The notes below the pieces were generated by a model that saw nothing but the letters and a program-made list of their open reading frames with translations, had not been told where the DNA came from and did no database searches. A stretch of DNA of 64,000 bases from Haplodiscus bocki. Taxonomy: Eukaryota. The position numbers and the translations under genes were made by a program. Position 1 is the first letter of the stretch; each line of letters opens with the position of its first letter. Shown here piece after piece: positions 39,601-50,660 of the stretch. Location of the stretch: NCBI GenBank assembly GCA_965655095.1, contig OZ296653.1, forward strand, positions 40,176,001 through 40,240,000, read 5' to 3'.

Positions 39601-42600
39601 CGAACCTGGTCTATCGTGAAAACCACTACACTGAAGACGTCATGTGGGACTTCGATAAGCTGCAGCGAGAAGTCACTAGAAAAGTAAGAGTATTGGAACA
39701 AATGATCAGATTAAAAAAAGTGACAGAAAAAACTTCGGCGAGTTGTGAAAACAGCATTCTACGTGTCCAGAGGAATATTTAGATGAAAATTTTCGAAATA
39801 TAAGAAAAAAATTTAACTTTTTTTGAACTTCGAGCAACAAACTTTCGGCTGGGGTATCAAAACTGTATTCTACGTGTCCGCAGGAAGATTTTGAGCGAAC
39901 AAGAATTTTTGGAAAATTTCATGGTTGGCGCAGTCAGAATTGGCAAATCACCGGGGAAAAAATACCCACTGCGGGAAAGATTTTCCTTTCGATATATATA
40001 ACGACGGAAAAAGACAAGTTCAAGAACTTGACGTGTAAAGAAACAAAGAACGGAAGGGGACATTCCTGTTTCCTCGCATATAATACAACCAAAAACCTTT
40101 GAGAAAAACCCATTTTAAAGATGGAGTTGAAAAAATTTGGAATTATTGATATAAAAGCAGAAAACTACATGTGGAGAATTTGAAACGTATGAAATAGGAT
40201 ATCCCTGATTCTTCGGAGCTTCTCCCTAACGAGGGCTTTGTAATTAGCACTGGATGGCCGCAATCCAGCAGGTAAAACTTGAGACACAAATCTAAACACA
40301 GGCGGGAAGCCAAACTTAACAATTCATTCTGACTTGAAAAGTTGAAATCACAGCCCCTGAAAGATATTTGAGACCATAACCGGAGATGTGATTGACGTTT
40401 TCAAAAATACAAAACTAGCTGCCAATCAAGAGTTTGTTTCAAAGTGCCAGTTTGAGTCAAGTACCTGCCACATGGTGTAATACCCAAAAGGTTCATATCA
40501 GTCGTCTTCAGTTTACGTCATTTTCCTACGTGATGGTCAAGATGTTCGCAGAGTAAACAGCACCAAAATAAACAAGTATCCACCCAGATGGCAAATTTTA
40601 ACCGTTGGCACAAGATCAGTAGACTCTCTGATAACGTCAAAAAATTGGAATTATGAACGGGGTTAAACAAGCCAACAATGGCCAGAGTAGGCTCTGCCCG
40701 TGAGGTTCACAACACTTATAGGTGGAAGCCTTGATATTCGAACAGTTTTTTCTTTCTCGATGAAAATCAGTATGCTGAGATATGCCGTCACTCGCTTTTC
40801 CGCCGTAATTCGGAGTGGCAGAAAAACGAGGATAAACCGACTGTCGAACATTCGAGGAATAAGGAGTGGCACAAATCGATGGATCAATGGGGTTCTCAGG
40901 GAAATTTCTGTTCTCTCTAGTTTTCGGAAATACGGAAAGCAGCAAAAATGCATGCATTGTAAGTCCGGCTAAAATGGCAGGGGTAATCGAGGAATAAATA
41001 AAAAGATGGATAATGAATATATAAATGAAGGGTACCGCGAAAGTTTTTACGTAAAGGAAGCTGTTGAAATTGCATGGCTTCCGTGTGAGTCTGTTGTCTT
41101 ACCAAAGGCCACAGTAATATTCGGCATTCACTCATGTAAGGTGCCGACTGAAAAAGACAGGCATAAGCCGGATTCGATACCCAATTTTCAACCCACAAAA
41201 ATGAAGGCAAAATAATTAAAAATATGAAACACTTGATGCAGGACATCGCTGGTTTCAGCAACTTCTGCGCATTTTGGACTTTCCAAGAAGTACTGGATGA
41301 CCGTAAACCAAAAGGCACTTTTTGAGAAAACTTCAAAAATTGAAGAAAATTCAGTACACCAAAAAGAAGTGCAGCAATTCCTCGCTTTTCAGGAAGCATC
41401 CTTGCAGCAATATTTTCGGTGGATAACCGATGCTGCGGTTAACCGAGAATTCACGTTCGATTATATCATTGTCAACGATAAAGCGGAAAATCCAATTATT
41501 TCCTGGAAAACCTATACTCGAATGTGACAGTTACTTACAGCAAGATTACGAAGGTATTTAACTAAAGTAAAGGTTTCCGTAGAATATCAAACTATACTTT
41601 ATAAAGTAGCCACAAAGAAAGCAAGGAACGCAGGAGCAACCAGGACGCAATAAAAGTCTTGGTGAATAGTGTTTCAGAATGCTACAACGAAGAACAAAAA
41701 TCTGCTGAAAAATGATACACGTTTCGAAAAACGAAGTTAGTTATTTCGTACATTAATCACAGAAATCGACATCCGGAGTGAGTTCCTGATCGAAAGAGTT
41801 TCCAAAGATGGAAAAGTTGAGAAATTAATGAAGAATTTTACATTTGAAGAAAAATGACTAAACGTGGCTGACTAAAAAAGCCCAGGAGTAAGGACTGAGC
41901 TCTATTTTGGCATTTCCCATCTTTTATTCCATCCTTCTCGCTCGTCTTGTTATCTACATTATTAGAGAGGAGGCGAAGCCGTGCTATTAAACATTTGCGC
42001 AAACGGAATACTAGTGAACAAATCCACTAATTTTAACTGATTTTTAAAGGTGCCACGATACTGCAAAAACTACTGATAACAAGTGTACAGAAACTCAGTC
42101 AACTCTTCTACATTTATATATAAATTCTATAATATTTCATTCGCTCGATATTTGAAATAAAAATAGTAATTCTTAAGCAGCAATGGCAAAGTGAGTAGAG
42201 CAGTCGATTGCCGCGCCAAATGCCAATTGTGAACGGATGGGAAAAGTTCGCAGACGCCTGTGATATAACACTTGCTTGCGCAAGTGTAAAAACAGCCAAA
42301 AGAAGAGTTTTATTGGTTTTTGAGTTTCAACCATCCCTCAACTCGTGGTAAGCGAAACAACGAAGAAGCAAATAAGAATTAGGACGAGAAGTTGTTAACA
42401 GTCAGACAAAAAAATGTCAATCGTAATAAGCTGGCGTTGCTAGCTGAATTAATTGAATTATAATTCTTGACTCGACACATCCCTCCCATTCAACACTCTT
42501 TACACTTATATAATGGCTAGTTTGAAGCAGAAAAAGGTGAGAAATTTACCAAATAACTTGCAATTCCAAATACTTTGCAAAAGTTTCTGGACAAAATGTC

Positions 42601-44597
42601 ATTTTTTCCCTATTGAGATTCGGTTTTGAAAAGTTTGAAAAAAATCACGAAAAGACAGATTAAACTAATTTTTTGAGTTTTCGTCCAACCGTTTTTTTCT
42701 GTCGGGTTGGTTTGTATTGGGGCAGCATTGCTAATATTGCAGTTAAGAGTGAGAGAAATTGTATGCCTTCTGAGTGAGTCAGACGTCTCCGCCCAAATTC
42801 TGCACTTGTTGTCTCTGCAGGATGTTAACAAATATGACAAAACAGCCGACCTAAACGAAAATTGGTTTTATTTTATCTTTAATAATTATTTTCGATGTTA
42901 AACACAATCAAGACTAAAAAAACTTTTTTTATCTGATGTTGAGCGATTACCAAAAACAAGAGGGTCACTTACCACCAACATATTTTCCGCCCACCCAATT
43001 TTGTTCAATATCGCTGTTTTTGAAAATCATCGCTGCGTTTCACATTTTCTTTCATATCTGGTTTTTCTGTTGGAATGGCATATTGTTCAATATGCCTTTC
43101 AAAAGGATGAAATCGTTTTTTTCAAAAAAAAATTTTTTTTCTAATTTTGATTTTTTGCGGGAAAATTTCACAATTAAGACGGAAAAGACATTTTTAAGAA
43201 TTATTCGATACGCGTTCTACAGCAAATCGGCCACCTTCACCAATTTAAAAAAACACCTTCTTTTCGTATGTAAAAAAAATTTCGTATGTATTTGAGAAAC
43301 CTTACCATTTCAGTCGCATTCTACGGCAAATTTGCTATAATTTGTTTCAAAATTTTCAAATTCAGAATCTGGGCATTGCAAATAAACGTATTCGGACATT
43401 TTATATTGGCAAATAAACGTAAAAAAAACTCACCGCTTTGAATAGATGATTTTCCTTCCATATCATAAATATGGGCAGTATATAATAATGAAAATGTAAA
43501 TTTAGGAAGAAAGCCAGAAGGCGGTGGATTTTATGCTGGTTGAAAAATAACTTACTTCGGCATCAAATGACTGGTGGCTCGCCAAGAAAATCCAGTAACA
43601 GTACATGGATGACTGATGTAGACATAATTGTAAATAGCTGTGGATGACATTGATGCTTGCATACATCGTTGGTCTTTGGTATCAGCGGCTATTTGATACA
43701 GCTGCTTGTACCATATCTTCACAAAACTGTCATTGTTGCCTACAGTGGCGAAATACTGGCCATTGGGAGAGAATTTGATCAATTTGATAGCATTGGGTGA
43801 TTTGTACTGCCACGAACAGAACCAGTCTGTCTGAGAATCAACCGACGACGCTTTCCAAAGCTGTATCCGCTCAGCGGCAGCCGTAAGAAGCTGTGACCCT
43901 ATAACAAAAACTAACTACTTCACGTCTCATCACTCAAAAAGTTTTGGATTCGCAAACGGCAATATCAAATACGCACCATCTGGATTCCACGAAAGGCTAG
44001 TGACAAAAGATTCCAACTGAAAGAATCCAATCTCATACCACCTGACCTGCAGAAGAATGAGATTTCCAACCAAACGTTGAATCACACAAAATGAAGCTGG
44101 TTTATATCGAACTGCAATCAAACTCGATTTAATATTAAAACTCAGCGTACTAACATTTTCTGATTTGTTGATAGATACAATGTTACTCCCGTCTGTTGCT
44201 CTGGGCTTGAACAAATAAATGTGATGTGCGTAAGAAGCTGCAATCTGAAACATTCATATTGGAACAATGCATAAAATCTTACAACCACTAATTTTATCAA
44301 TCAAAGCAACAAGGAAAATCAAATTAGAAAGGCTACAGGACTCACCATTCCTTCTGATGACGAACACTCGACACATTCAACTTGAATATTTCCAAATTTA
44401 CTTCCTGGAATAATTTGTAGCGTCTCGAGTCCACAATCAAGAATAACTAAATTTGTTCCAGATCCGTACACTACAAAAGCTGTTGTATTCAAGCAACCAA
44501 CGGAATAACAACTATCACCTGGATTCGCAGCACCAGTGAAAACTTGATGCCTATTGAGAGGCACCAAGCTATCAATTTTGGACACATCTGGCACCAT
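14944..44597 (-). CDS. DMXL: DmX-like protein / rabconnectin-3 alpha (WD40 plus Rav1p_C); 13 exons visible, 3' part missing from the window
   Basis: Joined exons give 2627 codons with no stop; all introns are GT-AG and all phases agree. Diagnostic motifs: HQVFTGAANPGD, IAASY, CRIWAET, FHLVSVINP..DIP, FVVHWLNNK, IHPLDGSLLVW, GHRF, HPSLPLLLTVSHHN, SELILWRLDPVGPLS, LPQYHP.QL, DECGMKF, FAWAHLSESE, GVGWWV, ALKNAFAL..KLRFEHAAAFFLLAG, SVFNFYNYLRRHP, GCPLLALEVL. Confidence 0.96.
16029..18136 (-). CDS. DMXL: DMXL coding exon 12 (Rav1p_C region)
   Basis: ccaacag|ADSSLAKDTIDECGMKF...TNSLR|gttaga; 2108 nt. Confidence 0.94.
18865..19655. mobile_element. MITE / foldback-like element with tandemly repeated terminal units
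   Basis: Left end has about 5 copies of a 15-16-nt CCCAAAATAC-type unit; right end has the inverted TTGGGTATTTTGG...TTTGGG. An inner inverted pair is AGCGTCTTAAC..CCCAAAATGTTT (about 19000-19030) and AAACTTTTGGGTTAAGACGCT (about 19555-19575). Confidence 0.6.
19787..20422 (-). CDS. DMXL: DMXL coding exon 11
   Basis: ctgtag|GEEAVV...IPPLPLHSL...LPDLTRTEQMHLLAIAE...FAQ|gtaaaa. Confidence 0.9.
21183..21384 (-). CDS. DMXL: DMXL coding exon 10
   Basis: cttcag|VCEASK...LPQYHPKQLIGLLNFGKTSRVKAILAHLVKTI|gtgagt. Confidence 0.92.
21424..21881 (+). mobile_element. Dispersed non-autonomous element (MITE-like), copy 1
   Basis: Colinear similarity to 42975-43478 (GGAAAAGA.ATTTTTAAGAA; GATACGC.TTCTACAGCAAATC; ATTTCAGTCGCATTC.ACGGCAAATTTGCTATAA). 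Imperfect termini CCCAGCATATTT / AAATATGGG. Confidence 0.75.
22664..23046 (-). CDS. DMXL: DMXL coding exon 9
   Basis: attcag|ESCCRKWVPI...GILILGLMNEMQIYSQW...NDK|gtttgt. Confidence 0.9.
23366..25744 (-). CDS. DMXL: DMXL coding exon 8 (2379 nt)
   Basis: tttcag|EEVKEN...NNSIS|gtactg; lies within the 829-aa ORF and carries several DMXL motifs. Confidence 0.93.
28435..28740 (+). repeat. About 300-bp repeat with a tRNA-like head (SINE-like), copy 1
   Basis: Near-identical to 29892-30190. The head TGGCTGAGCGGACAAGG resembles the tRNA-Leu/Ser A box TGGCCGAGCGGTCTAAGG. Confidence 0.7.
29892..30190 (+). repeat. About 300-bp repeat with a tRNA-like head (SINE-like), copy 2
   Basis: Direct repeat of 28435-28740, about 1.46 kb downstream. 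Confidence 0.7.
32240..35050 (+). mobile_element. Degraded Helitron relic (Helentron/Helitron2-like) with an internal deletion
   Basis: DUF6570-like LVSPRIGFKRLVSKPKSGQRGRIRGAVNVPNPV...LPR; DVKTEEL; SYSDIVKEELRSSD; Rep-associated EFFAMVRTL; VNDCNALLLFLWRSNLDIQFILDSYAVAK*I..YITKAQK; AFIKHEEIGA; then AP-endonuclease-like NIVVGGFNVDI (about 34960-34990). No helicase motifs were recognised. Confidence 0.82.
35260..35620 (+). repeat. Two-copy 180-bp tandem repeat
   Basis: AACTTGGAA...CTAATTTTGGC...AGAAGTCG.TCATTTC recurs at 35261 and 35441. Confidence 0.7.
37224..37505 (-). CDS. DMXL: DMXL coding exon 7
   Basis: ttttcag|DIPTS...FVVHWLNNKYF...GFDTAV|gttagt; phase 1 matches exon 8. Confidence 0.87.
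37896..38129 (-). CDS. DMXL: DMXL coding exon 6
   Basis: tttttttcaag|LITDRQ...acidic linker...NRFHLVSVINPQA|gttcgt. Confidence 0.85.
39725..39910 (+). repeat. Two-copy tandem repeat, about 111-bp period
   Basis: AAAAC.G.ATTCTACGTGTCC...GGAA.ATTT at 39756 and 39867. Confidence 0.65.
40700..41700 (+). pseudogene. Possible degraded LINE AP-endonuclease remnant (RTE-like)
   Basis: Weak motifs in the expected order: GIHSCKVPTE (cf. YAPT), IAGFSNF (cf. GDFNA) and TFDYII (cf. LDYI). Confidence 0.3.
42690..42850 (-). CDS. DMXL: DMXL coding exon 5
   Basis: tttag|SAVLSYLLTSCRDNKCRIWAET...EKN|gttgga. The donor was chosen because it supplies the phase 1 that exon 6 requires. Confidence 0.75.
42975..43478 (+). 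mobile_element. Dispersed non-autonomous element (MITE-like), copy 2
   Basis: Same family as 21424-21881. Confidence 0.75.
43556..43898 (-). CDS. DMXL: DMXL coding exon 4
   Basis: ttatag|SQLLTA...KFSPNGQYFATVG...VKIWY...HPCTVTGFSWRATSHLMP|gtaagt; ends in phase 2. Confidence 0.92.
43977..44046 (-). CDS. DMXL: DMXL coding exon 3
   Basis: ctgcag|VRWYEIGFFQLESFVTSLSWNPDG|gtgcgt; ends in phase 1. Confidence 0.88.
44155..44244 (-). CDS. DMXL: DMXL coding exon 2
   Basis: tttcag|IAASYAHHIYLFKP...KSEN|gttagt; 90 nt. Confidence 0.88.
44346..44597 (-). CDS. DMXL: DMXL coding exon 1
   Basis: ATG at 44597; MVPDVSKIDSLVPLNRHQVFTGAANPGD...SSSEGM|GTGAGT; phase 0. The exact start is less certain than the 3' end. 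Confidence 0.88.
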
Positions 44598-44726
44598 TGC
44601 AAATCTTAAAATTGGAAGTATTGCATAAATCATTCAAAACCCATGCAGGGAATCACCGCTATACTATTATCAGGTTTTCAATAGGTTAACCACGATACTG
44701 TAAACAATAGCGGTATGCCGAGATGG

Positions 44727-47700
44727 TATCTATGCCGAGCCTAATTGTTGTGATAAACTTATTAAATAGTTTCCGATGCTATGTCGCTGGAGTCGGATAA
44801 TGATGCACTATCTGGTCCACAACCCGCAACTCGTGTTCGTCTACCGTCGGTCGAGGAGTGTCTGGATCGCGTGGAGGTTACCTATTTCCAGAGGGACTAC
44901 TGCCCCACCCTTCAACAACTTCTTTCTTATACAGATGAGTCGTTACAAAAATATTGTAATACTGCTGTTAAAGGCGACCTTTCTCATTTGCTGAAACTTG
45001 CTGTTGCTGCGTTACGTTCATCTATTTATGTCAAGCATTCTCTGCGTAATATCTGTGACAACCTTCAACGATCAGTGACTCAATCCAAAAACTTGATTAT
45101 AAACTTGATTATAAAGTTGAAAACTGTTCTCTTTCTTCTACTGCTCCTCAGCCCGTGGATGGCGGAGTCTCTGGCTCTTCTCCCGGTCCTTTGGTAGATT
45201 GCTCACAAACACTCAATTCACAGAACACCACACCTTCTGCCGCACAACATTCATCGAACTACGACATCTCTCACAACCTCTTGATTCTTGGCGTCCCTGA
45301 AACCGCTGGCTCTTCAAAAGCAGTTCGTAATGCTGCTGAAAAAGACAAGATTGACAATGTTCTTGATCTGCTAGAGGCTAAAACCTACAACATCGCGCAC
45401 TTCTACCGTCGAGGGAAATAACGCTTCACACACAAAGCCGCGCCGCATTGTGGTTACCTTCCAACACTCCTGGCACACTGACTTTGCTCGAGCTAAGGTG
45501 AAGAATCTCAAGGATACCAGCTACTTTTTCAAGGAAGACTGTACTCCGGGAAACCGAATCTTGGAAAAAGCCCTTCTCTCTTCTCGCTACAACCTGCATC
45601 GTCTTGGCGTCGATACGTCTCATCTCAATCTCCATAGTCAACATGGATTCACGAGAGGAAGATCCGTCATGACGGACATGTTACTCTTCCTGAACAAAAT
45701 ACATAAGGCCCTTGACAACAACAGTCAGGATGATGTAGTAGCCTTCTATACTGACTTCTCGAAGGCATTCGACAAAGTCCCTCACTTTGAACTACTGCAA
45801 AAAGTAGCGAACACCGGAGTTGGAGGATGTTTCCTTGAGGTACTTGTTGACTACCTGAAAGATCGAAAACAGTATGTGAGAGTTGACAACCAAAGGTCCA
45901 TAACCTTACCTGTCAACAGTGGCGTCCCTCAAGGGTCCCTTCTTGGGCCTTTACTCTTTTGCATTTTCATCAATGACCTCCCTGACCGCCTCAAATTCAG
46001 TGAGCCCTATATCTTCGCCGACGATCTCAAAATACTTGCAATAAAGCCTGACTCTATTTCTCTCCAAAGAGACTTGAGAGCAATCGAAAGTTGGGTAAAC
46101 GAGAACAAAATGAGCCTAGCAATGGACAAATGTGCCAAACTCACTTTTCGAGGCATAAACAAGAACTTCAAATTGATGGGATCAGTGCTTGAATCTTCAA
46201 GCGAAGTCAAGGATCTGGGTGTAATGATAGACCAAAAACTGAGCTCAACTAGACATGTCGATGTCAGACTGGCGAAAGCCAGAAACGCCCTTTATTACGT
46301 CAGGCGAAATGTCGCTTATCAGATCAGCCGCCAGGTCAAACTTGGTCTGTATAAATCGTTAATTCTCCCGATACTGACCTACGGATTTCACTGCTACAGC
46401 CCTAACAGGACGGACCTAAACAGGCTTGAACGTTTCCAGCGGAAAGCCATCAAATGGATAATGGGCAATCAGTCTGACGATTACAAACGTCAACTCAGTA
46501 CTCTCAATCTCCTCCCACTGCCCATGTTTTTGCAAGTTAATGACTTACTCCTGTTCTCCTCCCTGTGTGATGAACAACATGAGATGATACCCCCTAGAGT
46601 TCCACCAAACAGGCGAACACGCACACTCTTCGAAACAGGTGGAGCCCGAACGGAGAAAGCGAGATCTGAATTCTTCTTCAGAAATAGCCGATTAGCGAAC
46701 AGACTTAACTTGTATATCATCTTTGACGAAAAGGCTGGACTCAAGAGTAGGATTCTGAGAACAATGAAAGCGATATTTGAAGAAAGGTTCTCATTCCAAA
46801 ATGTCTGTACTTGGCAGGCAGCCTGTGACTGTCACCAGTGCAGAGACTTGTGGACAACAATCTAGAACGCTGAATGGGATGCAACGCCCTGCAGCATGCT
46901 GCGAAGACCCTACAACAACAACAACAACAACAATCTCAAACTTTGGAATCTCAAGCTATGCTACAACCCAAATGCAAAAGTTGATATGCTTCTCGATCAC
47001 ACAAAGCCTGCACCAGACCTTTCCAAACTCTCACCGATATCCAATTGACAACTATCTTCCCTGAAACTTGCTTCTGTTAATCCTTGTTCTGTGAATAACA
47101 AAGAACTTCTTCTCAACGATTGGGTATTTGATTAATCTGTTGACATCTGTGCTATCACTGAAACTTGGATTGATTCTTCTGGTTATTCTCAACATCTTTT
47201 CTCACATAACGATTGTACTTTTGCAAACTTTCCCAGAGGTTCTCGTAGTGGCGGTGTGGGGTTCTTGTTTAAGTCAACCCTCTCGTCTACCCTAAACACT
47301 TTCATGTTCGAAACATTTGAATCTGCTTCTTTAACTCTTAAGTTACGCACTGTTACATTAACTGTATTTGTAGTTTACCGTCCTCCGCGCCATAATCAGG
47401 CCGAGTTTCTCGCCGAGTTTGAGAAATTTCTTGATGAGTTATCATGGAGTAAATGCTTCATCATAGTTGGAGATTTCAATATTCATGTCAATGACTCTAC
47501 ATCGAAATTTGCTTCTAACTTTCTGAATCTTTTAACCAGTTTTTCTTTGTCTCAGTTCGTTCATGCTCCCACTCATTGTGCTGGTAACACTTTCGATCTC
47601 ATTATTGCTCCAGATTACATGACAATTCACAATGTGCTTATTTTTCCTGAATGTGACTTTGTTGTAGACCCCTCTCCTATTACATTTACTAATCCTCTGT

Positions 47701-49892
47701 TAGTCGACAAAAACCCTAAATATTTCTTAAAATGCATTAGATCCACGCGTTCGTTCAACTTTGATAACTGGTGTAGTTTCTTTAGCAATTATGTTCCTGC
47801 GTCTGATGACGTGTCTTCCTTATATCGTGACTTCAGTGACTCTGCTGCTACCTATCTTGACCTTCATTGCCCTCGTCGCGTTGTAAAATCTCGCACACTG
47901 TCTGCTCCTTGGTTTGATGCTCAACTCAAGTCACTTCGTACATCTCGTAGTAAAGCTGAACATGCATTCTCAAGAACCGCATGGACGTATCTCTTTTCGC
48001 CTACCGGTCTGCTCGTACATTGTACCGCTCTGCTCTTCAACGCAAACATCGTTTCTATTATACTGATCTTCTATCTTCTTGTAGTACAACGAAACAATTC
48101 TTCGACGCATCGAATACGCTCTTACATCGCCGCCAAGTAAATTACAAGCTTCAATCTTTCTCATGTGCTAAAGAATTGTCTAACCGCTTCATTGATTTCT
48201 TCGAGTCTAAGGTTTCTTCAATAACTGCTTCTTTTCCTCTTGATCGCAACACACTCATTGAATTTCCTGCTGCTACATCGGTTTTCGAATCTTTCCAACC
48301 TGTTACTGCGGATGATCTAAAAAAAACTAATAGCTCTATGAACTTAACTGAAACTGACGCCGATGTTATCCCAACCAAACATTTTAGCAATCGAATTTTT
48401 CTCTCTGCAATCAATCCGTTCCTTCTTCTTATTATTATTACTAGTCTGTCTTCTGGTGTTTTCCCGTCTCTCCTCAAACAAGCAACTGTTGTCCCTCTGT
48501 TGAAAAAACCTAATGCTGATCCTGAAGATTTGTCCAAATATCGTCGTATGTCCCACATTTCTTTCATTTGGAAACTGTTTGAAAAAATCGTCGTTGCTCA
48601 ACTAGTAAATTACCTGACTGTGAACAACCTCTTACCGAAATTTCAATCTGGCTTCCGAAAAAATCACTCTTTTGAAACAGCAATTACCAGAATACACAAT
48701 GATATCTTGTTCGTTTTGGATAAACGTAAAGCTGCAATTTTGTTATTACTGGATCTCACCGCTGCTTTTGGTACTGTCGCACATCCTATTGATCAGAGCT
48801 CTGAAGCAACTTGGTCAACGAGGAAATATTTTGAACTGGTTTTCGTCTCACTTGTGCAATCGTAAAGAATGTATTAAGATCAACAACTGTCGCTCTCGTA
48901 TTCGCATTGTGTTGTGTGGTGTCCCACAAGGATCACCCTGGGCCCACTTCTGTTTACTATATATACAATTTCTATTTCTTTCTACCTCGACTGCCTGAAC
49001 ATTACTTATCATCTTTACGCTGACGAAAACCAACTTTCTTTTTGTGTTGAAATTAATGACTGTGAATCCAAACTTAGTGACATTACCCTGCTCATTCAAG
49101 ACGCCAAAATTTTTCTCAAACGTCTCCATCTCGATCTGAATGCTGATAAAACTGAAAATCTTGTCATAGACCCTTCTTCTCTTGATGGTAGACATGTGAA
49201 AGCATTAGGCTGTATTCTTAGCAACGAAAAACTTCTTCCATCTAAACATATTGACTCTGTTATTCAACGCTGCAATTTAACTCTCCGAGAACTATGGCAA
49301 ATACGAAGTTATCTTTCTTTTCATACATCTCGAACCTTGATTAACTCTCTTATTACCTGTCATCTTGTTCTTTTCAATGGTTGTCGTTCCGCTTTTCCTG
49401 AATATCAGATTACCAAGCTTCAGAAAATGCAGAATCGTTGTGCCAGACTGATCTTCAGACTGCCAACGCATTTGCACATAACGCCATTTATTCATCAACC
49501 CCATTGGCTTAAAGTTTCATATCGAATTACTTTCAAAGTGTGTTTACTCGTGTGGAAATGTTTACACGGATTAGCCCCACAATACCTGACAGAATTACTG
49601 AAGTACTCTTCATCGGGGCTCAGATCACAATCTTCGAAACTACTTACTGCTGAAAGATTTTGCCTAGATAATACTCGTGGAGCTTTTGCTTTGGCTAGCC
49701 CTCGATTGTACAACCGACTACCTTTGGAAGTTCGTGAGGCTGGTTCACTTGATGGGTTCAAAACGAAGCTCAAAAGACATCTTTTCCAACTCCAATTGGA
49801 CAACTGACATTCTCGCAATTTTCCTGCGCGCTAGAGTGCTCACCTCTGAGCAGATGCGCGCGTTAGAAAAATCTGATGATGATGATGATGAT
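44727..49892 (+). mobile_element. L2-clade non-LTR retrotransposon (ORF1 plus APE-RT ORF2), frameshifted and interrupted by a second LINE
   Basis: TSD GAGATGG at 44720-44726 and 49893-49899; (GAT)n tail at 49875-49892. ORF1: NLLILGVPE...RRGK..KPRRIVVTF. ORF2: DICAITETW, VYRPP, IVGDFN, TH.AGNTFDL, FQSGFRKNHSFETA, LLDLTAAF, GVPQGS, YADENQL, and the L2-type C-terminus HITP.....HWL.V.YRI.FK. Confidence 0.93.
45633..46930 (+). mobile_element. 5'-truncated CR1-like LINE with an uninterrupted partial RT frame, nested in the L2 ORF1
   Basis: TSD CAATCTC at 45626-45632 and 46931-46937; (ACA)n tail from 46912. RT motifs QHGF..GRS, YTDFSKAFDKVPH, SGVPQGSLLGPLLF, FADDLK, VKDLGV, and C-terminal CTW...CDCHQC; stop at 46865. 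Confidence 0.94.
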
Positions 49893-50650
49893 GAGATGGG
49901 ACAGGCAGTTAAAAGCTGGCCAATAATTAATTGGAGACAAAAATATGCAACTAATAATTGGTGAATTGATTCCCGAAACATTAATTCGTATCGGTTTTTG
50001 GGCTCCATTACGTAGCTCCGAAAATGGAAAGTATTTTACAGCTCCGAAAACTAATTTCGTGAAAATTCAAAGGAAGCCGTAGTTAAAATTCGACAGGTTC
50101 TAATTCTGATCCATAAGACGATTCATAAACCGAACCTCATTTATCTTATTTTTTTCGCAAGCGAAATTTTCTTCATTAGAGAAGACTATGCATTATCCTG
50201 TGATTAGACAGCAGAAGCTTTAAATAGGTGCCAAAGTTAAGCAAACGCTTTGAACAACATGTAGAAATCGGCTTTTTTATTACTTTCCACTGTATCAAAA
50301 TACTGTATGAGCCAAAAAGCTCTCTGGTACAAATGTTTTCTCAAAAAAAGCTATCTAAAACATTACATTTCGGAGTTGTCAACGATCAGTTCTGTGAGAC
50401 GAATCCTTCCCAATGCTTTCTCCACTAGTCAAAACCAACTAGTTCACAAGATTTTTGCGACATGTCGGTTGTAAGTTGCAAAAATTTAGAATTCAACTAT
50501 CACTATCAACAGAATCAACAGCTGTGCAGACTCAACCTAACTAACAAGGGAAGTTTTGAGCTCTATAGGAGATAAAACCGTACTTCAGATTTAACTTTGT
50601 CCAATATGATTGATTATTCACAGCTTCATCTTCATTTGTTTCATGCTGCA

Positions 50651-50660
50651 CCTTTATATA
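50651..50660 (-). promoter_or_regulatory. Candidate TATA box for DMXL, implying an upstream non-coding exon
   Basis: TATATAAAGG on the minus strand, with a CpG-rich patch upstream (50675-50775) and a donor-like GAA|GTACGG at 50584/50583. Inference only. Confidence 0.25.

Noticed and set aside
45450-46865. The 471-aa ORF as a stand-alone RT gene (retron, DGR or defence-type RT)
   Set aside because: It has non-LTR motifs (PQGS.LGP, FADD), a microsatellite tail and a TSD. It is a LINE fragment fused to another LINE's ORF1.
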